This document shows positions 39,312 to 51,827 of a DNA stretch of 64,000 bases, one piece after another; within the stretch, counting starts at the first letter, position 1; the number at the start of each line of letters is the position of its first letter. The position numbers and the translations under genes are program-made. The notes beneath the pieces were generated by a model that was not told the origin of the DNA, searched no databases, and was given only the letters and a program-made list of their open reading frames with translations. The DNA comes from Ophelia neglecta (Eukaryota), in the NCBI GenBank assembly GCA_965285935.1, contig OZ260665.1:24118001-24182000 (forward strand). The letters run 5' to 3'.

Positions 39312-40341
39312 CTACCAGAAAACTTTCAGGGTTATTATCTTTGACAAATAGTGTGTCTACATAGAACATGTTTATTGTTCAATCCAGAAAATTACTAGGG
39401 ACCCAATGACTCCTACCAGGCAAATAGCTTTGGACATCAGAACAATACATGGGACCAAATAATATCAAAGGGGATGAATGAGAAAAACTGTATCTTGATT
39501 CTTTCCACAGCTGCCAGTCCAAAACCATACAGACATACATAAGATCTCCGTGTAAAACTCAATGGAGAATTGAAACCCAACTCAAGAATGTTTCACCCGA
39601 TTCCCCTGACATGCATAACAGCTTATACTTATGGGTAATTTTAGTTTCTTATGCGTCCGAAAGGGGCGCTTCGGTAAATTATTTGCGACCAAATGGATAG
39701 ACATTCGCTGATAGCGAAGTGGAGAGCTCCAGATTGAACAAGTTGTTTATGAATCACTCAACAGAATTTCTGGGAGTAATATTTCATTCATTAGTAGAAT
39801 ATACATAGCATTATTAATGTCAAAGTTATGGGCAATTTAGAAATCCTAATAAATATGCATGCTAGTAGAGAACGACGTGAAATAAAGGCGGAATTACTGT
39901 AATAGGTGTACTTATACTTATATAGAGAACAGTAAAACATGCCTTATAACCGGAGAAACACAATTAACCGAAAATTACCAAAGTCTACTTTGTTTAAAAA
40001 AAGAATTTGAAGCCATGCATATTTGTGTTAGGCCCTTTGATCAGGTACTTCCTTCGAAACTGACCGGCTGGGTTCTCGTGTGACTATAGCATACAATTAC
40101 ATCATAATAATAAAAATAATAATCTTCAGCAGAAGATTTTGGGTGTGGAGCTAAATATACATTTTGGTGCAAATGAGGGAAAAATGTGCTAATGTAATCA
40201 ATAATATATACAATGGAAACAATGACTGATAAAAATCAGGAGACGTCCACATGGGTAATTAATTGACCTGGAAAGAATACTAAATTATATACACAATACA
40301 CATAGGTGACCCATTATGTGTCGCTTGGCTGACAATCTAAC

Positions 40342-40416
40342 CTCGGAAATCTCCGGCTCCATCTCGAGAGGGTCTAGTTCAAAGACTTCATCGGCCAGGG
40401 AAATCACGTCTACATC
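40342..40416 (-). CDS. Nav2: Nav2 candidate small acidic exon in the II-III linker
   Basis: Pyrimidine-rich upstream tract, acatag|GAT...GAG|gttaga; DVDVISLADEVFELDPLEMEPEISE; 75 nt, phase 0-0; not required for frame. Confidence 0.65.
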
Positions 40417-41381
40417 CTATGTATGTGAGGGCAAGCGAAGAAGAAAGGAGGAAAGATATGCAGATAGAGATAAAGATTTATCAGCAACAGAAGCGGCCCT
40501 CTCTGGGGCCAAACGAGTAAGGAAAGAGAATACTAACTCTGGGAAATTCAAGAGGTGTCCACTTTGAACAATATTACGGACTATAAAGGTATATGTATTA
40601 GGTGCAAAAAAAAACATAGGTTAACAGAGGCTGCACAAATCCAGACATCGAGGTTCAATATAATTTCAAAACAATTTTTTGTTCAAAAAACGCTTGAAAT
40701 TTGGTGAATTGCGGAGAATACTTTAAATGGAATCTATTTTTATAATGGCTTGGCTTTGGAAAAATAAGTCTAGGTCATATGTGACAACTTCAGGAAGTAG
40801 GACTTAATAACTTCCAATATGCTCCCCATCTATTTTGAAAAGCTTACTGCTCAAAGACTGAAGTTATATTGGGTCTGAAATAGCGCTCCATTTGGTTTGA
40901 TGTTGCTGTGTCAACTAAATATATTCCGATGTATATCCGACCGTTACTGAGGGCACAATATATTCTGTTTTGTTCATAAAACCCATTGTTATGTTGGTGA
41001 AAAGGCAGTGACAATAATATTGATTTATTACAAACCTTGTGTTGTTATACATCAGAAATACAAGCCTAAAGAGAAACGCTTTCTTACTACAGGAATAGCC
41101 AACATGGATATTCCATCGCTGCATGACCTACACTTAGTACGACGAGTATCACTTGTGGTTCCCTGGGGTCAGGGAGATATGATCACCCTGAGTGTATTCC
41201 AAGGGAAAGCGGGTCCACCAGAACATGATTACCCTGATACCCTGAGTGTATTCGAAAGCGTCCCCACCAAAAACGAGTTTTCTTTTGGCAGTACTTATAT
41301 AAATACTGCTTTTAACTTGGATGAAGTAACCAAAGGGGAGTATACAGTGAAACTTTAGTAATATCACTTCCTATGGCTTAC

Positions 41382-41612
41382 CTGTGACGTATTTTTGCCC
41401 TTTGTCGCCGCGCCATCGGGAGATTTGTCGTCTGCTTCCCCCGGAACGTCCCCGTTCGGTGTAGTAGGTGATTCCTTCTTGTCGTCTGCCTCATTCGCCT
41501 CTGCGCTCTCTAGTGCCTTTTTCTCCTTCAAGGCTAAAATTATATTGGCGATTGACGGTTTTTTGCTCACTTGTTCCTCCGATGGTTCTACTGCCGACCG
41601 TTTGAATATCCC
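41382..41612 (-). CDS. Nav2: Nav2 exon: II-III linker
   Basis: tggcag|GGG...CAG|gtaagc; GIFKRSAVEPSEEQVSKKPSIANIILALKEKK...KNTSQ; 231 nt, phase 0-0. Confidence 0.85.
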
Positions 41613-41978
41613 CTGCCAAAGACAACATCCATGAGCTTTATTATATAGGCTATATCACGAAAACGCAGCCTAACTCATATTTGACAATTGCCAAATTAAA
41701 ACTTTATTGCTTGACCCTAAACACTTTCTCTAGCAAAAGTCAGAGAGGTACACAATAAGTATTTTTCGGAGTTTTTTTGATTTACATGTGCTATTTGTTT
41801 TGATCCTGATTTGCACTGGTAAGGGAAAAAACATTAACTGGCAGTAAGCCAAGTTTTGTTCCAACCGCCAAGCGTATAATCATGATATTAGGGTGCCCTA
41901 TGTGTAAAACATTGAACGAATGCACATTCTTGAAACAACAAATACTTAATTTACAAGCCAAGTCTTTACCGACATTAC

Positions 41979-42092
41979 CTTTAGTCTTTTCCATCCTTTT
42001 TTCATCTTGTCGTCGTCTCTTGTCTCTTTATTCCGCCGTATTGAGTCACTAGCGAACGAGTTGAGCAGAAGAGCGAGGAACAAGTTCAGCAC
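41979..42092 (-). CDS. Nav2: Nav2 exon: DII S6 end
   Basis: ttttag|GTG...AAG|gtaatg; VLNLFLALLLNSFASDSIRRNKETRDDDKMKKGWKRLK; 114 nt. Confidence 0.92.
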
Positions 42093-42571
42093 CTAAAAAC
42101 ATCGGTTGAGTATAATGATTGCAAAACCGCGAAAAATGTTCTATGAAGGTCAACGTTGTCTGTCCAGTTGAATTTCATTGTTTTTTTTGAATAAAGTAAA
42201 CGTTTATTCTTTCAAACGAAGCCCATTTACTTGTGTTGTTATGTCAATTAACTGTCTTCAAACGAATGTCACTTTTCCATGGCATTTAGTTTTGCTATAG
42301 GGTGCAAGAACAAACTCGACTGTCTTAGTCGTTGATAAATGTCGTTTGGTAAATGTGAGCTTGAATGTGTTTAAGGTTTAAGGAAGAATCTGTTCGGTCA
42401 TGCCTTCGTTTTTTTTTTTTGTAATTTCCGTTTGAGTTCGAACACCTCTTTGTAGAACGGGCACTTCTCTTAGTGAGATAAAAGCGGATCCCTTTCGACC
42501 AATCCTTGGTACAGCCCCTGGATTCTATGCATACTGGTAAGGATGAACGAGGATGATTAAGCTCAACTTAC

Positions 42572-42722
42572 CATAAAGTTGCCGATGACTAGACTGGGGA
42601 GGAAGACGACCATGCATAGCTCGCCGCTGGCTCTCATACAATCCCATAACGGCTCGATCCACTCCCCGCACAGCACCCGAAATATCAGGATCAACGAGTG
42701 GAAAAACTCGCTGAAATTCCAT
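42572..42722 (-). CDS. Nav2: Nav2 exon: DII P-loop (filter residue E) and S6 start
   Basis: ttatag|A...ATG|gtaagt; WNFSEFFHSLILIFRVLCGEWIEPLWDCMRASGELCMVVFLPSLVIGNFM; 151 nt. Confidence 0.93.
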
Positions 42723-43098
42723 CTATAACAACACCAAAAAACAATAAGTCATGGAGCAAAACTGTCCAACGATCACTCAAACATGATCAATAAAATATTT
42801 TATTACCGAAGATTTTTTTTACTTCATCATCCTTTCTTACAAAATATGCATGCTTAAAGATGTAATGTAGACCTATCCCTGTATACCAATGTATTCATTA
42901 ATGTGAGCATCTTGTCAGAAAAAAGTTTTATCCTTAAACCCACTGTTTCTCTACCCTAAATAACATGGAGCCAATATGGACAATGTAGGGCTGCTACTCA
43001 CTGCGGTGTTAAAGTCGCGAAATCGGGGTCAAGTCGGATAGCAATTCGCGACTTTTTCGTGCGTTTTGACAAATTCGTATTTTGTTTTTTCATTTTAC

Positions 43099-43301
43099 CT
43101 GGGTACATCGTCTGGGTCAAATTTGTCTGCGGTGTAACTGGTGGAGAAGAGTTGCATGCCGATGACAGCGAAGATGTAGATTATGATGAGCAAGACGAGG
43201 GTCAGATTTCCTAAAGCTCCAAGCGTGCTCAAAATGATGGAGAGCAAAACCCGCATCGTGGACCAGGTCTGGGCCAGCTTGAAGATTCGTAACAGTCGCA
43301 G
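43099..43301 (-). CDS. Nav2: Nav2 exon: DII S4-S5
   Basis: poly-T tract then tttaag|CTG...AG|gtaaaa; [34 protein letters not shown]...DVPR; 203 nt; AAG acceptor. Confidence 0.85.
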
Positions 43302-43717
43302 CTTAAACAAAAAAAAAGAGATTTAACCGGATCCTTTACGCCTATTTAGGCCTATGATAGATTGTCAGAAAAAAATGCACTTCCTGCTATTTCACACATT
43401 AAATAATTGCTAATAATACAATTTCATCTATAACGTTATTTACTCAATGGTTTATCTGTGTTCGCCTGCTTGCACTCAGACGATCAAAAAAGTTCTATTG
43501 CTCAATTTTTACTTTTTTTAAAATGACTTATAATTTATTTTTAATAATGTGACCATTGCTTTTACGGGTGTTTTAACAAGTTGCTAGTTTAAAGCATCCA
43601 ATATCAAGCAATGCTTTGTTATCAATGACATATGTTTGGATAATTGAAAGGTGCAGCGGAGAGACTATATATTTTACACAGTTACAGGTTTATTTGTAAG
43701 ATGTATTGTATACTGAC

Positions 43718-43888
43718 CAGTCTGAAGCCCCTGATGACGGACAGACCGTCCACGCCCTCCAGACCCAGGTCTATCAGGCTGGCGAATACGATCACCATGT
43801 CAAAATTGTTCCAGGCACTCCGGAAGTAGTGTTTGCTAAAGGCCATAAGTTTCAGAATTGCCTCCAAGGTGAAGATAGCGGTGAAAGC
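43718..43888 (-). CDS. Nav2: Nav2 exon: DII S2-S4 start
   Basis: cgacag|GCT...CTG|gtcagt; AFTAIFTLEAILKL...AWNNFD...GLSVIRGFRL; 171 nt. Confidence 0.92.
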
Positions 43889-44203
43889 CTGTCGATAGGA
43901 AACAAACACGGTCAGCGCGGACATTTTAATATAATTCGGCTAAGTAAATGACTATTTTTGGTCCGTGGTTGTTTCTGCCAACGAACTAAATACTACACGT
44001 CCTTTTTGGTAATAATTGCTTGTGGTTAATGGACAAAGGAAATTAAAATAGTAGTATACTGTTGAGTTGTCTTTCTATTTATATATGTAGTGTTAAGTCG
44101 GATAATTTCGCATATCGTTTTATTCCGCGCAGAAACTAGTCTTAATTCGCGCAGTATGAAGTATATCATTTAGTCTAGATCCCTTATAAGCAGTACAACT
44201 CAC

Positions 44204-44430
44204 CCAGTTGGCATATTTCAGTATATTTTCAAGGGTTTGGGACATGTCGTGATGGTATATTGCCATGGAGATCACATTGAGCACTATACAAAATGTGATA
44301 AAGATCTCGAACATAAAATCTGATACAACTGCATTAAGGCCGTTTTGGAACTTCAGCCACGGAATGTAGCATTGGCAGCAACGCCCGCAACACTCGCAGT
44401 TTCGGTCAACCAACTCGTCATCATCGTCGT
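44204..44430 (-). CDS. Nav2: Nav2 exon: Cys-rich end of I-II linker and DII S1
   Basis: ttgcag|AC...TGG|gtgagt; DDDDDELVDRNCECCGRCCQCYIPWLKFQ...FEIFITFCIVLNVISMA; 227 nt. Confidence 0.92.
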
Positions 44431-47275
44431 CTGCAAAATGAAGTCACTTGTTAATAAGAAATGAAAACAAGGATTGACGCTGGCTGTGATTGGCCGCTTT
44501 TGATGAAGCGTCACGTGACATAGATATATATGCGTATTCCTTACTGCGCGCTTTTAAAGCAACTGCTACTGCAGAACATTATTTTCTAAATACATCATAC
44601 TAACTAAATAACTTTACTACTTGAAGTACTCTATAGGGACTTAAAACATATATGAACTTGTCTACCATTTAAAAATGTAATTGTCATTTCTAAGACGATG
44701 TCTAATGTGTCTAAAGCCACAAGATAATCAGCATCCTGTAACTGTTATTAGTATTCTACAGATGATCGCCAAAAAAAACATAACTAATTTACAAACTATA
44801 GCATGGCCTAAACATAATTATGAAATAGAACCGTCAAGTTATAATCCAGAATAGGCAGTCACTAGCAAAGCCAATTTATAAACTAGCATGGCCAATTCAT
44901 AAACCAGCCGAGCTACTTCTAGAAAAACCGACTTAATTTGAACTTAGCTGGTTGCATGAAGCAGGGCACTCAAGCAATATTGCAGCATTTAATAGACCGC
45001 AGACCTATGTATATTTTATCAATTGGGCTATTTTCTGGATAAACAAATTTCCACACTTAGTCTAGGTGACTTCTAAACGAACCTGTGTCATAATCTAGGC
45101 CAGGACCAATTCAAGGTTTACTCTAGCCTTACAGAGCAGGTCGGAAAATAAAACATCTATTGCCGACAAAAGGTCAGCCCTAGACAGTAAATATATATCA
45201 GGCTTTGTGCTACTCTTTGGCTAAATGGTGTCGTGAAAATAAACCGTGTCGTCTGCTCAACAACCATTCAATCTGTTCTTGGCGCCGACTTCATATTCAT
45301 CCGCCACACAAAAGAGTCCATTTTGTGCAAACAATCCTCTACACCGAAATAAAGCACCTTATCCCAAACCTCCCATATAAAAAAGACAGTCACGCTGTCT
45401 TTCTATAAACTCTTTAAGTGATTGTCGATAAATACTATCGATTCCTGGCTTCTTTAGAGTATGTGCAGGGTGTAGGACGTGCATGATCGCAAAATGAGTC
45501 ATCGTTCCTGCTGATTATATTCAGGGATTAAGGAAAGTCAAAACGTGTATCTATACGCCATAAGAGAAGCCGACATGCAGGCTTTTAAGGTTTCACCATA
45601 CAGAAATGTACTCCCACTAAAGGCCCAATTCAACACTTGATGAGAAACGCCAGAGCAAAATGTCCCTTCTTATAATTTGTGGCCTACTAAATATTGGTAT
45701 ATCTTTTGTACATTATTATTGGCAAAGCAGAATATGATCAAAACACATAATTATGGAAGGCAAATTCTACGCCTTCAAGCAAATGCACTGAAAGAATCAT
45801 GTAAACATATTGATTGTTCATTGTCATGTAAAGCGGTTAAATATCATGCAACATGCATATCATTGAGAATCATGGATAGTTCGAATCGACCATGCTGAGA
45901 ATAAGACATCAGTGACGTCATTCACTGAGATGGAAATGGAGCAAATAATATTTGGTAAAACAAATGGCTTTTTGTTCACTGTCTATAGAGTTTTCTACTC
46001 GATGATTGTAATCACTTTATGATAACACTATCGTTTCTCCTGCTTGGAACGATCTTGCCAAAAAAGAGATTACCTTGATAAGGGCGCTATGGGGGCGGTT
46101 ATAAATCAAGTCTTTAATTACACCTTTTTGGAGGGAATAAAATATTAGTTGCTCCGAAGCACATATTATATCTGGTGCAAAATGATTGGAGGGTTTGGCG
46201 CCAGCATTGGTGACGTAATATACCTCTGAAATCTTCTGAATCTGAATCTGGCCACCTCTGTACTGTAAACATTCAAGGTCAACTGTCAAGTTCAAAGCAA
46301 TGCGACTACAGACGGCATCATACCAAAATGATTGCGCATGCGTACAACAGTAGAAACAACTATCTAAAAATAGTGCATGATAAACAATAACGAAATGCAA
46401 AAAATGCTTTACACGTTTGTCACAGGTGTAGAATTGTTAGCACGTACCATTAAAATAAACAAACTAGGTTATATGACATACAATTTAGAAGAATCTGGAA
46501 CCAATGAGTCCCGTTTTTAATAAGGTCATGTCTATTTATACCCAGTCTATGAAGTCTAAATAGTCTATCATCAACCCGATAGTTCTTTTTTATCACCTTT
46601 TCAATTAGTACATCATAAACAGAGCTTAAAATAAATAAATAACAATATATCTTAATTAAATTCCGAATTGAGCATATTTCACGACAAGCTTTGAAAATAA
46701 AATACATAAATAAGTAGAATCATAGAAGTTTTCAGCTTCATAATGCCCCCCCCCCCCCCCATGGTAACTTAATTTAACGACCAATATAAATTTTTAATAT
46801 AGTTAGGCGTATTTCGTAGAGCATGAAGATAAAGGACCCCATCATATCAAAAACCCCATAAAAACACTGATTGTCAACAAAGTAGCCTATAGCTCTTTGG
46901 CGACAGAGACTTCTATATACCAAGGGTTCAATATTCATAATAAAGATTTGGCTCTGTCATCAGGCCAATTTGTCAATTAAGTTTGTGAAGGGTGGGGGAG
47001 GGTGCAATGAGTGTAGAACGGATTTCTCTCCTTCCAAACCCCTTATTGAAAAAGTCTTAGGATGGGAAGGGGTACCCTGGTAACTCGGCCTTCACATCTT
47101 ATGAACCACAGGTGAGTGCAATATATAGCTCACACCCCACCCACTCTCACCCCACCCGTCGAGGTACAACAGAATAGCGCTGAAACTGAAACCTACACTC
47201 TGCTCTGCCCTTGGACTTTGTTTTAAAAACACCAAAAAAATACAAGTAGCCTGAAAAGGGGGCTCTTTTGTTTAC

Positions 47276-47375
47276 CTTTGACCATGACCTGCGGCGGGTC
47301 CCCATCATTCGCTTCAGACGAGATGCTCTGGGTGTCGTCTGACGTTATAGTTGCCAGTGGGTTCACATAATTTCC
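47276..47375 (-). CDS. Nav2: Nav2 exon: I-II linker
   Basis: ttttcag|GGA...G|gtaaac; GNYVNPLATITSDDTQSISSEANDGDPPQVMVK; 100 nt; needed to convert phase 0 to the phase 1 of the next exon. Confidence 0.82.
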
Positions 47376-47833
47376 CTGAAAACAGAAAAGAACACGAATT
47401 ACTAGGGTGAAAATAATTCATGATGAAATGAAATTTCTGAACAATACATCCACGAGGGAGACAATATATAACGGAACTGTCCTGCGAACTTATTGAAAAC
47501 AAGCCGTATTTATATATACATGTACGATAACATTTAGAGGTCATACATAGGGGTCATACATCAAAAAAGATGAACAATTCCATATGCCTTTAAATCACTC
47601 GCGTTTATGTACACTACCTTTTACTTCAAGTTCCCTTGCTTTACACCAACAGACCTAGCTTATATTTTATTAACCTAGAATTTTCTCCAGCAGTTATATC
47701 AGTTTTCCTAGGTTTTACATAAATATAGATAAAATCTATAGGTGCATAACACTTTTGATATACTTTACGGCAATGCATAATGACATATTGACAGTATATT
47801 GATTTTACTCCATTTCCCAGATTCACATCTCAC

Positions 47834-48319
47834 CTGCTTGTCTTTTGACATAATCGAGGCAGACCCATCCTTAGCACTAGCAACACCCCCTCCTGATTCC
47901 GACACTCCTTTCAGCCCCGCCTCCACATCTAAAGTCTGCTTGCCCTTGATTCCCAAATTGGCTTTGGCATCCTGTGTCCCTTTTGGTTCTCCTTTCTGGT
48001 TTGAGCCGGAAGTCTTTGGCTGAGCCAGTTCATTTTTACTGCTCTTTTCGTCCACCATTTTAGCCGAGTCTAATGGTGTTTTACTGCTAGTTTTGAGAGC
48101 GTCCGCCAGCCGGACATCCTCTTTTTTATGATGGCCTATGCTCCCGTTTCCCACACTTTTAAGGCTGACGCTGCTGGCAGACGACCCCGAGTTGACTGCA
48201 CTCATCACAGTCAAGTGGTTCGCAGCCTCCATCTTCTCCTTTTCTTCCCTTTTCTTATTTTTCCGTTTTCGTGCCGCCTCTCTTTTTTTCTTCATTTTTT
48301 CCTTTTCTCTGTCTTTTTC
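47834..48319 (-). CDS. Nav2: Nav2 exon: I-II cytoplasmic linker (K/E/S-rich)
   Basis: ttgtag|GAA...CAG|gtgaga; EKDREKEKMKKKREAARKRK...SKDKQ; 486 nt, phase 0-0. Confidence 0.88.
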
Positions 48320-50209
48320 CTACAATCAATCATGCATGTTATAATAAGTAAGTAGATGGATAGACAAATCTATGCCCTTTCTTTATGAAGGCTAATATTT
48401 CACTGCCGACACAGGTTGGACTAAATGGGGTGTTGTGAATCCAATTATCTTCAAAAAACAATATTGCAAATATATTGTGGTTATAATTGGCAAAATTAGT
48501 ATATAATGCTTAGGGTTTATGGTAGATGTGAACTTGATTCATTAATTGGATCGTCAATATTAAAGTTAACTCATTCGACATATTCTTTAGATAATCTAAA
48601 TATTATTTTACTAAAATATTTAATCACAAAATTCTATCCTTAGTTAAATAATTCACCGTTATACCCTGATCTGGATACATAATGTTGTCCTTATTGGCTA
48701 ATCAGCCAACCCGATCAGGGCACCCTTAAACATTTAAAGAAATGCTTCTTGCTCAAATACATATACAAGAGCTTCTTAATGAAATTAATGTACACCTTTA
48801 ATGAAGCTTTTGACGTTTTATTGACGCGGAACAGGCCAAGATTTGTAGCTATATTTTTTTATTTTTTTATTTATTTAGGGCAGAGTTTCTATATACATCG
48901 CACCTATTGCTAAACATTTAATCATTTGGTCGACTCAATTCTGTTTAATACGTCTTTAAAATATTAGTTCAAATATACTTTAGTTGAAGACAGCCAAAAC
49001 ACAATTCACTGTTTAGAAATGCACGGTAAAACAAGGTATATTGACCAGGCCGGTCGATCTATCAGTTTAGCTTTAAGTCAAGCTGTCAGTTCATAATTTT
49101 GTCGCTGGTTGCAATCTATTATCACACCAGACGAGACTGTGGTAGGTATATACAGACGTTCTTGGCATGCACCTTTGACATAACGAAGCCAACCACGGAC
49201 GCACTCCGAGAAATCGATGCCAGAATTAGCAGACGACAACAATGAGAGTAACTTGAATACGATGGCCGATACGGCAGGCCACCGTCGGCAACTGGTTGCC
49301 ACGGTGTCATTGATTGGCGTGGCAATGTTTGTCTCTACATCTCGTGCCACCAAGCATGAATCGAGCGGGGCAAGAAAACAACTTTGCATAATGTCACTGT
49401 ACAGTTGTAGGAGCCTATTTATTATTAATGAATACGACTTGTAGGCCATTGTGGGATCTCATACATGGTTGATGTATGTTAGTGATATAATATAGTAAGG
49501 GGAACCTTATAATATATCTAGAGCTATACACTAACCGTAATATAATTGCTACAGGACAGATGATTTATGTGGTCAGTGGCATTTTGGGTAACCCTCGGTC
49601 ACATACAAACCATTACACCTTCCCAGTCGGAAGTGGGTGATTAGGTTTGTTAATCGCCTAGCCGCACACCAGTGGACGCAAGATAGCGCAAAAACAAACG
49701 CTATGAAAATAATGACAGTGCGATGGCGACAAAATGAATTATTGGCCCCTTATGATCTCGCCAATCTATTGCTCATTTTTCAGAAAGCCAAGTTCGAAAC
49801 ATTTAATTGTGAGGACCCACACAATGTTATTAAATACTGCCACGACATTGTCTTGTGCAAACAAAACTGTGGTGCTTTTTTCGTTTTTCTAATACGCTGT
49901 TTTTTTTTATAAAAGATTTATATATATCATTTGACAATGCTTAATTGTAATTGGGGAAATATATTACAGGGAGGCAAAACGCTTTTATCGCCGTTGGGAG
50001 AGCTATATCATATTTGTGGAGATTTCCATGAATAAAAGAAGTTCATGCAGGCGAAATGATGAGCTGGTTCCTGGTATATAGTGACAGTGCGCGTGCCTTA
50101 ATGAAAGGCCCACCAGGCCCAGCTCAACCAGTAAGCACTGAGGTCGAAATTAAAACCAGGGTTTGCGGAAACAGGCTGTCAGATTCTGCCAGAATTAAAT
50201 GTCACTTGC

Positions 50210-50344
50210 CTTTCTTGTGTTGGTTGCCTCCTCTTCATAAGACATGCTGACAACGGCTAACATTAAGTTGATTAGGTAGAATGAACCAAAGAACACTATA
50301 ACTGAAAAAAATATCATGTTCCACGGCCCGTTTGAAAGCAGTAC
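50210..50344 (-). CDS. Nav2: Nav2 exon: DI S6 (ends at a GC donor)
   Basis: ttgtag|GTA...AAG|gcaagt; [45 protein letters not shown]; 135 nt. Confidence 0.9.
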
Positions 50345-50711
50345 CTACAAAAGGAAGCAAACTAATTAGTTATGTTATCAGTTTATTGGCGATGCATATT
50401 GCCCTCATTTTCTTATATAGGTAGTGGTGGGTAAAGTTTTCATGTCATAACAAAGGAAAGGCGACTGACGCCTTGGGCATGGACAAGAAGTACCATGGAC
50501 TACAAGATGTCTCCCTCCTCAGGGGTCAACTTGTTGGAGTGTGTGTTTTCTTTTACAATATTTAGTCTCACCGTGCTGGAGAGAAAATGAATCAAAAAAG
50601 AGTTTTGCTAAACTGATAAAGTTGCAGTTCTAGTTGTTTCAGTTTGTTGAATAAGTGGGTTTCAGTGGCTTTAAGTGTGGACGTTATTGAGGAGTGCCAC
50701 CTGTGACCTAC

Positions 50712-50856
50712 CTTCGCGTAGGGATCTTCCCAAAAGTCTAGTGTGATCAGTTGGAAGGAGTTGAGCATGGACCAACCAATATGGTCAAAGTTTGTGTAGC
50801 CGAAGTTTGGATTGTCCCCTATATGCGGCAAACAGGTGTAATTTCCCGGGCATACC
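50712..50856 (-). CDS. Nav2: Nav2 exon: DI P-loop (filter residue D)
   Basis: ttgtag|G...AAG|gtaggt; VCPGNYTCLPHIGDNPNFGYTNFDHIGWSMLNSFQLITLDFWEDPYAK; 145 nt. Confidence 0.93.
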
Positions 50857-50967
50857 CTACAAGCAAAAGTGGTTACATTTATATAGAGTTACAACCATTA
50901 TCCTGGAGTTATTTGATAGAGAGAAATAACAAAAGGACTGAATTGTCGTTAAGTATGTTTAACCTAC

Positions 50968-51229
50968 CCGGCTCCTGATGCGTTGCCGCAGATGACATAC
51001 CCGAAGTCGTCTGCATACCAATTTTCCGGGTTTTTGATATGTTCATTGTAGTACGTAGGGGTCACGGTCACATTGGGCGGGATGTCCGCCACGCACTTCT
51101 GACGTAGAACGCCGACGTACACTTGGAGAGCGAACAGCGCGAACACCATCATACAGAACAGCGTCAGTAGTATTACTTCGCCAAGCATCTTCAGGGACTT
51201 GAGCAAGGCGCTTATAATGGTCTTTAGAC
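50968..51229 (-). CDS. Nav2: Nav2 exon: DI S4-S5 linker, S5 and extracellular loop
   Basis: cggcag|GT...GG|gtaggt; LKTIISALLKSLKMLGEVILLTLFCMMVFALFALQVYVGVLRQKCV...CGNASGAG; 262 nt. Confidence 0.93.
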
Positions 51230-51647
51230 CTGCCGAAAGAAAAAGAAAAGTTTCCATGAACTCAAATCACTTTGATAAATCAATATGTTTTAGCCAACAA
51301 AAACTCCTTTAGCAATCGACAAGATGCCGAAGAATGAGATTATATATATATAGCCACTGGCATTTCAAAAAAGCTACATGATCTCATTGCCCCAAGTAAA
51401 GCAGAGAATAGAAATCAGAGAACGCTGACAACAGTTGGCAGGTAGAGCATTAATAAAGCTTGATAGCCATACAATGATGTATGGAAGCAGTTTTTGCTCT
51501 TAGAAAAGGAAGCCCGAGTCTCTCACTGTCGCTGCGGAGCAACCTAACTCATCTTTCGGTAAGGCCAATTGTGTTGGACTTTGTATTGATAGCAATACAC
51601 ACCAAACCTTTTAGCCACCATTTCGTGACAACATGCTGATATATATA

Positions 51648-51827
51648 TAGTGAAACGTGTAAATTAAGACCAATGGACTTAACTTAAATAACTGCATGGT
51701 CTTCTTATGAAGGTGGCCTGTTTAGACAGATTGTTCTTACATGCAAAGTGTCCACTGTATGGTTGTCATAATATCAGAATTGACAGGGGGATAAATATAG
51801 AGGTAATCTTTAAGGCAGATTTGGCTG
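51648..51827. mobile_element. MITE copy 3 (diverged)
   Basis: TAGTGAAACGTGTAAATTAAGACCA...AGGTAATCTTTAAGGCAGATTTGGCTG|TA; aligns by eye with copies 1 and 2. Confidence 0.7.

Noticed and set aside
48320-50711. Apparent absence of the DI S6 exon (possible pseudogene)
   Set aside because: The exon is present at 50210-50344 and was simply absent from the ORF track; the assembled frame has no stops or frameshifts.
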